From Squalus acanthias (taxonomy: Eukaryota): a stretch of DNA of 64,000 nucleotides. Both the position numbers and the translations under genes were made by a program. The notes below the pieces were generated by a model. The model had not been told where the DNA came from, did not search any database, and saw only the letters and a program-made list of their open reading frames with translations. The stretch lies in the NCBI GenBank assembly GCA_030390025.1, contig CM059432.1, positions 7,874,001-7,938,000 on the forward strand, written 5' to 3'. Shown here in pieces: positions 11,463 to 21,979 of this stretch (within the stretch, counting starts at the first letter, position 1; every line of letters starts with the position of its first letter).

Positions 11463-13266
11463 TAGCAATGTCCAGCGGGCAATACGATTGCTACTCACTG
11501 TCCCATCTTTTATCCTCCCGTCCAATAGCATCTGTGTCGGGGTATGACATGTCAGTAAGGTTATTAAGGATGACCCCGTAAATAATTGGAAACGTTTGAC
11601 GGCCCAATAGCTCACCAAAAGGTGTCTTTCACAGTTCGAGTAACCACTCTCTACATCTGTCAGGACTCAGGAGGCATAAGCCACTGGCCTCAACTTGTCA
11701 TGCCGTTCTTGGAGCAACACTGCACTCAAACTATCCCCAGTAGCTGCTACCTCCAGATAAAAATCTTCGGTCCCGTTTATTGCTCCTAGTGCGGGTGCAG
11801 TTTGTTTAGGCGAGTAAATGCCTCCTTACAACTCTCATCCCATTCCCATCCTACTCCTTTCCTTCGGAGTCTAAGCAAAGGGGCTGTCGTGGCTGCATAG
11901 TTTTCAATAGCCTTCAATAAAATCCCTGCAATACCCTGTCATACCAAGAAAAGATCTCACCCCCGTTACACTCTTTGGAGCGGGTAGTGCCTGTACTGCC
12001 CTCCTCTTCACCTCATCTATAGCCCTTTCCCCTGCCCTAATCGTCAATCCGAAGAATTTCACCTCCTCCTGTCCTATTTGGGCTTTCTTGGGGTTTGCCT
12101 TAAACCCTGCCTCCCCGAACAGCTTTAGTAGCTCGTCCAGTAGTGGCCCGTGGTCCTCTGCACTTTCTGAGAATAATAATAGGTCATCCACGTACTGGAT
12201 CAACTGGCTAGGCTGACTGAAATTCTTTAAAGCATTAGCCATACACTGATGGAAAATCAAGGGCCTGTTATGAAACCCTTGTGGGAGGCACGTCCACGTA
12301 TACTGTTGCCCTTTGAATGTAAAGGCAAATTTATACTGATCCTCCCGTCTTACTGGGATAGACCAGAACCCGTTAGCTATGCCCAATACAGTGAACGTCA
12401 TTGCCTCCGCAGAGATATTCCCTATTAGATCGGCTACTGCTGCTACCGTGGGTGCGCATGCTGGAATACCTTTATTAAGAACCCGATAGTCTACCGTGGC
12501 TCTCCAAGACTGATCGAGCTTCTTAACTGGCCATAGGGGTGAATTTACTTGGGTCGCTATCGGCCTCAGTACCCCTTGTTCCACGAGGGAGCTCAGTGCA
12601 GTTTCCAAGTCCTTCTCTGCCTCCCGGGGAAAACTATACTGTTTCTGAGGTCGCCACATTGGGTCCCCGTGTACCTTCACCTCTACCCCCGTTACCCTAC
12701 CACAGTCATGTCGGTGAATGGCGAACACTGCGAGATTATTTTTCACATACCCCCTGATACCTTTCCGGGGTGCTACGGACCAATTGTTCCAAGTCATAGC
12801 TACCCTTCGGTTTCACAGTACAGGAGCTACCTTTCACTTTCCCCGCCTTGGGGATAACTAGAACTTCCTCAGGTTTATCTGAACCAACCGCCCCCCATAG
12901 ACAGTGGTTTCTCATATCCACGATCACATAGTGGGCCAGCATAAAATCAGCTCCGAGGACCCCCGCGCTGGGCTGATCCCATTGCATCAGTACACATTCC
13001 TACTTAGTAACAAGGGGTCCGAACCCTATAGACAAAGGTTTCGATACTGCCCCAGCCTGCTCGTTCCCTGTGAAACCCACTAACTTAAACGGGACCCTGC
13101 TCGACCATGGAGAAGTGGTCGGGTTTGGTGAGTGAACCACCGTACTGGAAGCTCCAATGTCCACTAGATACTTTCCCCGAACGGCCTCTACTCTGATCTC
13201 TACACAAGGTCTGCCCCACTCATCGTAGGTGAGCGGGCACAGGTACTCGGGTTGGGTGCATCCTAG
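11463..13266 (-). pseudogene. pol: pro-pol remnant: retropepsin, reverse transcriptase and RNase H-like connection domain; stops and frameshifts
   Basis: Protease YLVDIGASSTVV...GVLGADF. RT PQKQY, NSPLWPVKK, WRATVDYRVLNK, LPQGFHN, YVDDLL, VRSFLGMTGYCRDFI. Downstream LRPVAYAS...YSNCERHLL...RIARWTLL. Confidence 0.9.
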
Positions 13267-13677
13267 TCATGGGAGAAGTGGGGGCGCGCTGGGCTTTTCA
13301 CTGCATATGGCAGCGTCCAGCTTTCCCTGGTCTTTGCCCATAACCTGCCATAACGCGGTCACTAGAAGTTCCACCGGGTCTTCTACCCTCTCCTTCTCTG
13401 CCTCTACTACCCACGGTTTTGACCCTGAGGGACCCCCGTATCCTGGTTTTTTCCTTTTTGGGAACTTGCACTCCCTGTTCCAGTGTCCCATTCTCCCACA
13501 GTTAAAGCACGCCTGGGATCTGTCCACCTTACCCCCCTCCTGCTTCCATTCTTTTCTACCATCCACGCTTCCCTTCATCTCATGCACTTTTCCCATTTGT
13601 TTATTTTTTACTTTCCCAAACACATACGAGGATATCCTATCCTCCATCGTGGGTTTCTTGCACTTAACCCTGTCCAT
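13267..13677 (-). CDS. gag: Short Gag-like ORF (136 aa) with a nucleocapsid zinc knuckle
   Basis: CFNCGRMGHWNREC (CX2CX4HX4C) and a PSAP late-domain-like motif. Starts ~21 nt after the PBS. Confidence 0.75.
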   Translation of the reverse strand: MDRVKCKKPTMEDRISSYVFGKVKNKQMGKVHEMKGSVDGRKEWKQEGGKVDRSQACFNCGRMGHWNRECKFPKRKKPGYGGPSGSKPWVVEAEKERVEDPVELLVTALWQVMGKDQGKLDAAICSEKPSAPPLLP

Positions 13678-13698
13678 AATTTTGTTCTAAACCTTGAA

Positions 13699-13716
13699 GT
13701 CCTGCCGTGGTCGCCA
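13699..13716 (-). promoter_or_regulatory. Primer binding site, probably tRNA-Arg
   Basis: TGGCGACCACGGCAGGAC, 5 nt downstream of the LTR end. Its complement GTCCTGCCGTGGTCGCCA resembles the vertebrate tRNA-Arg(TCG) 3' end plus CCA (recalled). Confidence 0.8.
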
Positions 13717-13721
13717 GATTC

Positions 13722-14618
13722 TGTAAGGGGTTTTCTCCGATACTGATCCCCCGTTACACACAGTCCTTGGACATTAGGATTTATAAGAACAAAATACACA
13801 TGGCACAGGGTTTTGGCTCAAACTTTGATTCGTTCATTTATTGAACACACACACACACACAATTACCTCCCCAGTATAAATCCCTACGATTTATATTAGA
13901 CTAACAACCCCAAAATACAAACCCCTACGCAAGGGTCATTTGCATCGACACAATGTGACACAGTTAAACCCATCCGCGATTTGACTGTTACATATAAAGT
14001 TACCCAGACTCAATCACAAAACCCTTATTGTGATCTGACTGAAACTCACAAACTTACTCAGATTCAATCACAAAAGCCCCCTCTATGATTTGACTGAAAC
14101 ATACAATCACCACTCCCGATTGGCTGTCTCCTGGAGTTGATTGCAGGACCGAATCCTTCTGCTTGCTGTTCTTGCGTTAGCTCCCGACACCGTCTCTCTT
14201 CGAAGTGGCTTTTTTTCTTTATACCCAAAACCAACTTGCAATATCTTGAAACACATATCCTGGCCCCCCTCCTGTGCACACAAATGGCCGTATCAAAATG
14301 TGTGAATGTCTCTAGCAGAGAACTCTTGATGGCTAATTGTCCCTTGTATTGTCCATTGATTACTTGGGCACCGACTGTCTGTATTGAGGTCCTTTCTGAC
14401 AAAGCAACCTTCCCAAGGTGACTGCATAAGCTAGTTGTTGGTTTCTGTTAGCATTCGTATTCAAATGGTTCAGGGCCCGGCCCATTGTCTAGGCCTGCAC
14501 TGATACCAGCTGTTCTAGAGCCATGATCCAAGGTGGGCTTCTTTAACAATGTGACCCCTTAAGGTAAATGAATATGTGAATGTTCTTGTATCTTCCCCAG
14601 ACAGAAAACCTTCGTACA
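13722..14618 (-). repeat. 5' LTR (~897 bp)
   Basis: TG...CA ends with imperfect inverted termini TGTAAGGGGTTTTCT / AGAAAACCTTCGTACA. Minus-strand TATAAA at 14218-14223 and AATAAA at 13837-13842. Confidence 0.85.
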
Positions 14619-15037
14619 GCAATTCGGCCGCAATGTCTGAATTAACCCTTTATTGCCCAGCTCTTTTTGCGGGCTGTGCAGTTCTGGGTTTGCATACTTG
14701 AAGGGAAAACAGGGCTATGAGGAAAGAACGGGGAGGGGAGTACAACGAATTGGATAGCTCCTTCAAAGAGCCGGCACAATGGGCCGAATGGCCTCCTTCT
14801 GTGCTGTGAGATTCAATAGGAACATAGGAACAGGAGGAGGCCATTCAGCCCCTCGAGCCTGTTCCGCCATTCAATGAGATCACGGCTGATCTGCAACCTA
14901 ACTCCATATGATTTTAACTGGGAATCACTTTAATATAAAGTAAGATAAGAAACTCAGCTATAGCTGAGATACAGCGATAGGCTTCACTTATATTTGTGCC
15001 TCTATTGATTTATACTCTGTTACTTACCTCAAAGGCT

Positions 15038-15508
15038 ATTAAGAAAATAAGAATTAGGAGCAGGAGTTGGCCATACGTTCCCTTGAGCCTACTCCGCCAT
15101 TCAATAGGATCATGGCTGATCTTCGACCTCAACTCCACTTTCCCACCCGATCCCCTTGATTCCCTTAGTGCCCAAAAATCTATTGATCTCTGGATTGAAT
15201 ATACTCAATGACTGAGACTCCACAGCCTTCTGGGGTAGAGAATTCCAAAGATTCACCACCCTCTGAGTGAAGGAACTTCTTATCTCAGTCTTAAATGGCC
15301 GACCCCTTATCCTGAGACTATGCCCCCTGGTTCTCGACTCTCCATCCAGGGAAACAACCTCCCTGCATCTACCCTGTCCAGCCCTGTAAGAATTTTGTAT
15401 GTTTCAATGAGGTCACCTCTCATTCTTCTAAACTCTGGAGAATATAGGCCTAGTCTACTCAATCTCTCCTCATAGGACAGCCATCTCATCCCAGCAATCA
15501 ATCTAGTC
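15038..15508 (-). mobile_element. CR1 LINE 3' fragment
   Basis: IAGMRWLSYEERLSRLGLYSPEFRRMRGDLIETYKI. Confidence 0.85.
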
Positions 15509-16220
15509 TAGCTTCATCTTTGGACGCTGGGAAGAAACAGGTAAATCATTTCTGCGCGGGTTGTATTGCACTTTTGCCCTTGAAAATCTGCCTAGTCGCT
15601 GGCGGATTCGGGACGCAACCGGGGAAAGGAAACGGGGGCAGGACCCAGTTACACAAGGTCTCCATTCTGCTGTAAGTTAAGCGTGATTTCCTGTGCGGGG
15701 GGGGGGGGGCGGGGGATAGGTGGGGGATTTACTCCTCTCACTTCGCAGCTTGACCTCATTAATGGAGGATTGGAAGGTTGGCATCACGCGTCGGAATTCT
15801 TTTCAGTCCCGTCGCCCGACCCTAGAGTCAGAAATGGGGGCCCGTCGGAGCGTTCCAGCGTGGTTTTGTGGACTGGAACATTGAAGAATGCCCTGAGGCA
15901 GCCGTGGTGGAGTTGGATTGTCTAGAAAGGGGCCAAGTTCCATTCGTCAGTATTACCTTTAACTGCTTCTGTCCCCCCAAGTGGCTGACCTCGGGCCACA
16001 TTTCCCCCACGCCCCACTTAGCAGGCACCCCAAATGCACCGACAATGCCGCGGGCAAATTGCCTGACCCCGGCCACGTGGGTTGCATGAGCCGCTCCACC
16101 ACAGTCGCATTGTCCAGATGGGACGTCGACCGAGAGTCTCTGGGGTGGGAGGTGGAGGCAATCAGGAGGGGCGTGACCGGTGGGGGTGGTGCCGGCAACA
16201 GCGAATAATTCTGCTCTTTC

Positions 16221-16547
16221 CGGTACGACAGCCGCAAGACCACCAGATGTGTCATCGAGCAAGCCATCAAGTGCCAAGATAGGTCAGTAGGCACCTTTCA
16301 GTGCTCGCCAGCGAGAGTGTCCAAAGTCGTAGTGGTGTGCTGCGTCCTGCACAACATTGCGCAGTAGCGAGGATTAGAGGGCGAAGATGAAGAAGGCGGT
16401 CATCACTCATCATCTGATGACGCTCCCAATAAAGAGGAGGAAGACGAGGAGGAGGAAGAGGAAGATGGGGCCCCCAATGTCAGGCCCGCCGTTCACCTTG
16501 CTGCTCGGGATGCCAGGGCTGACCTAATAGGTCAAAGGTTCAGTTAG
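16221..16547 (+). pseudogene. Harbinger (HARBI1-type DDE) transposase C-terminal remnant
   Basis: RYDSRKTTRCVIEQAI / DRSVGTFQCSPARVSKVVVVCCVLHNIA, an acidic tail, then RADLIGQRFS*. Matches the Harbinger pattern TRxxIE...CCVLHN. Confidence 0.8.
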
Positions 16548-16759
16548 TCACTCACCCTGGGCCAAAGTAACTCTCACATCCCCCGGCCCGCCCCACCCCC
16601 ACTCACTCAAAGCAGTCCTGCAACCGACCACTCACACATTGCACATCCCCCAATTGGTCCCCGTCAATTCACGGTCTTCACATTCATCACCAAGAAACTG
16701 AAAAGGCGAGTTCCCACTCGGCACGCAGGAATGGGCAACACGGGGAAATAGTGAAAATT

Positions 16760-18870
16760 TAATACATTTTATTTGCCGTGATAACAAAAGGAAACTTAAC
16801 AACATAACATTTTCTCAAACACCCGCGTGTGTACACACTTGGTGAATTTCTCTTCCTTCGTGTAACGCTCCTACGTGGTGCAACCCCTGAGGCTTCAGCA
16901 GACGTAGAGGCAGGCTGCTCAGATCCCTGCTCTAACTGCTGAGATGTTCTTGGCCAACAACCTCTGGGTGTTTGAGCCGTGAGGGCCCCGCCAAAGACTG
17001 CTCCACCAGCACCTGTGCAGGGGCAGACTCGGCCATCAGGAGACAAGGCAGCATGTCGGGTACTGGCTGGGGGGCGGTGGGGGGGGTAACAACAGGTGAG
17101 TTGTGGAAGCGCTTTGAGTGGAGTTCCCACTTCCATGTCCCCTTTCAGCATCATCTCTCTCCTGGGCCAGCGACACATTGCTCCTCCCACTCTGCGGGGG
17201 GAGCAGTTTGGTGAAGATCAGTGACACTGTGTAAGGCCACGGATAAGGTATCTGTCACCCTATTTAAGGCGGCAGATATGCTGGCTTCCAAAGTCTGCAC
17301 GGCCATGGTCATGGATTGCATGGACTGGTTTGAGAGCCGCGATTGCAGTTCTACGGAGGCAGCCACTCTCTCAATGGCAGACATTCGCGCAATGGCCTAC
17401 GACATCAATCCACTAGCGATTCAGTTGGACTCCTCCATGCTCTCCGCTATTGTGGAGAGTGTGCGTGGCGTGTCTGCCAATACCACACAAATTAGCTGCT
17501 GGCCCTCAATGACTCTCCTTTTCATCGATGGTTCAGCATCTGTGTCCAGCCGAGCAGAGAGGATTGCGCCCCCCCCGACGCGGACTCTCCACAGCTGTCC
17601 CTGCCACCAGTGTCTGCTCGTGCTCACTTGTGAACAGGGAGTCACCAGGGGAAAACCCAACCAGCTGTCTAACCGGGCCCACTGAAGTGCGAGTATTTGC
17701 GCTGGTGCCTGGGTTGTATGCCCTGTGACGGTGCAGCCTCAGAAGCAATGAGGTCCCCCGAGGAATCGTCCTTCGGAAAGTCAACAGACTGCTGCTCTAC
17801 GCATGAAGGCCCTGGAGGAGAGAAGAAAGGGATATGAACCAGTCCTGGCAATGTAACAATGTTGCCTCTCAGGCTTATCACATTTCGCTTGTTGCTGAAA
17901 TAAAGTCAAATGAATTGGTCTTGTATGAGACGTTTGGCAGTTATATTTTTAATTCAGTGGCATCTGCGAAATTCCAGTCTCTCCATCTCCGATGGTCAGG
18001 GACGCTGAGATGCCACTGATCTCCTTTGCCTCCTCCTCTGCAGCTGTCAGCTGCACAATCTGTGCCGGCCCACCTCCAGTCCTCTCCCTCTCCCTTGTGC
18101 TTTATGCTCTCTTCTCCTGCAACGTGGGAATGAACAGACCTGTGAGTGACTGTGTTTACCCGATGGATGCAATGCCTTCGATGAGGGCGACCATCAGGCA
18201 GAGGCATCACATTACATAAGCACCAGGGTGAGTGGCAGCTGTGGAAGGATAAATGGGGAGGTGAGGAAGTGCATAGAAAGTGAAGGATGGGTTTTGGACA
18301 CTTAAGTGGGTGTGAGGAGTGATGTGATGGAGTAGGCTTGACAAGACAGAGTGGGGGTGACATGAATCTGTCATTCATGAAAGAAAGACTTATGAAATAA
18401 TACTGAGTGGCCTGCGGGTGGCGCTGTCCAGGGAGAGTATAAATACTCGGGCACGGGCCCAGCTTGCGCAGGACATTCTTAACAGGAACTAGTGAAGGCT
18501 ACAACTAGACCTCCATGTTGTAAAACAGTTGATTAAAGCTTTGTTTAATGCTTAGACCAAGTGCCTAGTCGTTTTCTTATGTGAGATGATGTGCACTACA
18601 TGATGTAGGTGAATCAGCAACTGTACTCACCTTTCCTGGCCTGGTTAGGTCATTAAAGCGCTTCCCGCACTGGATCCAGGAACGAGCCACAACGCTCCTG
18701 CTGCTGACCTCCTCAGCCACCTCCAAGCACGCCTTCTTGGTGAGAGCAGCAGGTTTCTTCCACCCGTTGCCAGGGAAGATGATCCCTCTCCGACCCCTCA
18801 CTGCACCCAGCAATACGTCAAGCGATGCATCCGTAAAGCGAGGCGCAGCCCGAGACCGTCCTGAATCCGT
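16760..18870 (-). pseudogene. Harbinger Myb/SANT-like DNA-binding gene, spliced and decayed
   Basis: Exon 18631-18870 reads RAAPRFTDASLDVLLGAV...EVAEEVSSRSVVARSWIQCGKRFNDL, donor AAG|GTGAGT. The next exon from 18116 (TTGCAG|) has RERERTGGGP. A further acceptor lies at 17812-17813. Convergent with the transposase. Confidence 0.8.
18358..18584 (+). mobile_element. Short (~227 bp) solo-LTR-like element, copy 1
   Basis: Near-identical to 26160-26195 plus 26941-27123. TGACAT start, TATAAA at 18438, ATTAAA at 18532. No clear TSD here. Confidence 0.65.
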
Positions 18871-19050
18871 TACGAAACTTCTCCCTCCCTTTGTGCACTC
18901 TCCTGACTCCTCTAAATGCCATCTTTGGATTGGCTCTTCAAATAGTTGTGCTGAGATCGCGTCACGCCCGCTGCCGCGCACTGGAGGCACGATACCCGGT
19001 AGTAAAATTATAATTAGATCGCCATGTTGAAATCGGACATTCCGACATGT

Positions 19051-19624
19051 CATAGAAACATAGAAGCATAGAAGATAGGAGCAGGAGTAGGCCATTCGGC
19101 CCCTCGAGCCTGCTCCGCCATTTAATGAGATCATGACTGATCATCCAAATTCAGTACCCTGTCTCTGCCTTTTCCCCATATCCCTTGATCCCTTTAGCCT
19201 TAAGAAATATATCTATCTCCTTCTTGAATATATTTAATGAATTGGCCTCAACTGCCTTCTGTGGTAGAGAATTCCACAGGTTCTGGGTGAAGAAATTCCT
19301 CCTCATCTCAGTAATAAATGGCTTACCCCTTATCTTTAGACTGTGACCTCTGGTTCTGGACTCCCCCGCCATCGGGAACATCCTTCCTGCATCCAGTCTG
19401 TCTAGTCCTGTTAGAATTTTATAAGTTTCAATGAGATCCCCTCTCATTCTTCTAAACTCTAGTGAATATAAGCCTAATCGACCCAATCTCTCTTCATACG
19501 TCATTCCTGCCATCCCAGGTATCAGTCTGGTGAATCTTCGCTGCACTCCCTCCATGGCAAGAACATCCTTCCTCAGATAAGGCGACCAAAACTGCACACA
19601 ATACTCAAGGTGTGGTCTCACCAA
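19051..19624 (-). mobile_element. CR1 LINE 3' fragment
   Basis: ORF 19151-19624 LVRPHLEYCVQFWSP...; (CATAGAAA)n tail. Confidence 0.9.
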
Positions 19625-19865
19625 GCTTCTTCCGAGTTTGACGTCTGCTATCGCGCCTCCCCTCCCCCCCCCCCGCCGCGCGAACCCCGCCCTTGCTCAG
19701 AACCCACCTCTGGGTTGTTATCAGGGCCCTATGAGTGAAATGAAATACTAACGAAACATGGATATAACATTTCCTTCCCAATAAAAAGTATATATCGTCA
19801 ACCCTTAATCTCACATAAATTTAAAAAGAAACTTTGCAATCCCCAATAAAAATAACCTCAGGAAT

Positions 19866-20325
19866 CAATAAGAACACAAGAACATAAGAAATAGGAGCAG
19901 GAGTCGGCCATTTGGCCCCTCGAGCCTGCTCCGCCATTTAATGAGATCATGGCTGATCTGATCTTGGGCTCAACTCCATTTCCCTGCCCGCTCCCCATAA
20001 TCCATCACTCCCTTATTGTTCAAAAATCTCTCTATCTCCACCTTAAATATATTCAATGACCCAGCCTCCACAGCTCTCTGGGGCACAGAATTCCAAAGAT
20101 TCACGACCCTCTGAGAGAAGAAATTCCTCCTCATTTCAGTTTTAAATGGGCGACCCCTTATTCTGAAACTATGCCCCCTAGTTCTAGATTCCCCCATGAG
20201 GGGGAAACATTCTCCCTGCATTTACCCTGTCGAGCCCCCTCAGAATCTTATATGTTTCAATAAGATCACCTCTCATTCTTCTAAACTCCAATGAGTATAG
20301 GCCCAACCGGCTCAACCTTTCTCTG
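19866..20325 (-). mobile_element. CR1 LINE 3' fragment
   Basis: FPLMGESRTRGHSFRI...FFSQRVVNLWNS; family tail. Confidence 0.85.
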
Positions 20326-21021
20326 GCAGCTGTGATAATAATCACTCCTGCCAGAGAACAATGAGCATTCTGTTACTGACGGGCTTTCCCTGAATTCTTT
20401 TAAGCAGCTTGAAGGAGTTCCCTTGATGCATTTTTTCAAACATGACAAATTACTCTTCAATTTTCCAAGTAGGTCATACGCGTACCTCAGTAACATTTAC
20501 AGCCCTTCGCTGAACTTAACGTTAAAAGCTCTCTTTCCATTGCAAATTACCTTTCTGACATCCTATAATTATGTAACTGCAGTGTTATCACCCCAAGATG
20601 TTGTTAATATATTTGCAACCAAAGGTGAGACCCTGATCAGTCGCTGGATTGTTGAATTATTGCCCTCTCACTGGCAGCTAAGAGCCAACTTCAGAGCGTT
20701 GGTGAAAGGTTGCATTAAATGACTTCTCAAGAGTTCAAAAGTGGTGTTGATGGGACCATGAAAGGAGCACACATCATTCGTAAGTATTCTGAAAACTATC
20801 ATTTATGTATCCCTAAGCCATTGTCACTCAGCGGTTGCAGTTTGTTGCCATCACAGTGTGATCTCCACATCAGCTCAATCCGTCGCCAGACATTTTGACA
20901 TGTCAATTGTGGCTTGGAAAAAAATACATTTTTTTTCAAATGCTATCCTTGTTGAAACACACTCCTTTTACCTGCATCGAAATGTTTTAAAATCAAACTG
21001 TTCATGCAATTAAGTAATTAT

Positions 21022-21358
21022 GTCTAGCCCTTCAACCCTCCGAGATCTCTGCGCTCCTCCAATTCTGGCTTCTTACGAACCCTCGATTTTCATCGCGCCA
21101 ACGTTGGCGGCCGCGTCTTCAGCTGCCGAGGCCCTGAGCTCTGGAATTCCCTCCCTAAACCTCTCCGCCTCTCCACCTCTCTCTCCTCCTTTAAGACGCT
21201 CCTTAAAACCTACCTCTTTGACCAAGCTTTTGGTCACCTGCCGTAATATCTCATGTGGCTCGGTGTCAAATTTTGTCTGATAATCGCTCCTGTGCAGCGC
21301 CTTGGGACGTTTTACTACGTTAAAGGCGCTATATGAATACAAATTGTTGTTGTTGTTA
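21022..21358 (+). mobile_element. L2 3' end
   Basis: L2 3' UTR with (TTG)n tail. Confidence 0.85.
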
Positions 21359-21359
21359 C

Positions 21360-21489
21360 TAAAGCAAAATCCTGCGGAGGCTGGAAATCTGAAAAAAACC
21401 CTGAAAATACTGGAAACACTCAGCAGGTCAGACAGCATCTGTGGAGAGAGAAACAGAGTTAACGTTTCAGGACGGTGACCTTTCATCGG
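21360..21489 (-). mobile_element. Penelope-like terminal repeat fragment with a degenerate hammerhead core
   Basis: Same sequence as the arms at 57145-57373. Minus strand reads CCGATGA-AAGGTCACCGTCCT-GAAACGTTAACT. Embedded in the L2 (TTG)n tail. Confidence 0.7.
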
Positions 21490-21979
21490 TTTTTGTTGTT
21501 GTTGTTGTGACAGCTTGGCCTCGCTATTAACCCCGCACCCCCACGATGGGCGGGAGAGGGTCAGGGGTCAAGGGGTTAAAAACGGAGGACGCGACCCCAG
21601 CCCGACCTCGCCCGTTGCTGTTTTTACCATGGCAGATATCGGGGGGGTCTGATTGCCCGCAGTGGTGAAATAGGACACTTCATTAAAACTTTTAAATTGG
21701 GCACCCACAGTGCAATTGGGAGCCTGATTAAAACTTCACTGCTGCCGGACGTGTGTCCCAGGGGTTTCGGGACACCTGGCAGTGAAAGGGAGGCTGGAGC
21801 TGCCGGCTTGCTCAAGGTGAGTGCCTTTTCCAGGACTCCTTGTGGGCCAGGAGGAGCAAAGAGTGCTTCCTCCGCCCCCCGGGCCCCTCAAAGAAGCCTT
21901 CAGCCTCCCCCCCCCCCCACCCCGCACCCTCCCCGCCTCCCCTTAAATATCGGGGTCTTTGTATCTTTTATGTGTAAAA

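Larger units (their letters stand above)
11463..14618 (-). mobile_element. Decayed endogenous retrovirus-like provirus (5' LTR-PBS-gag-pro-RT-tether), 3' part deleted
   Basis: LTR, PBS, CCHC Gag, protease, RT and degenerate RNase H are colinear on the - strand. Confidence 0.9.
16221..19728. mobile_element. Decayed autonomous PIF/Harbinger transposon (left end unresolved)
   Basis: Two convergent Harbinger genes. TIR-like end ...TTATCAGGGCCC at ~19728. Contains a short LTR-like insert and a CR1. Confidence 0.7.
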
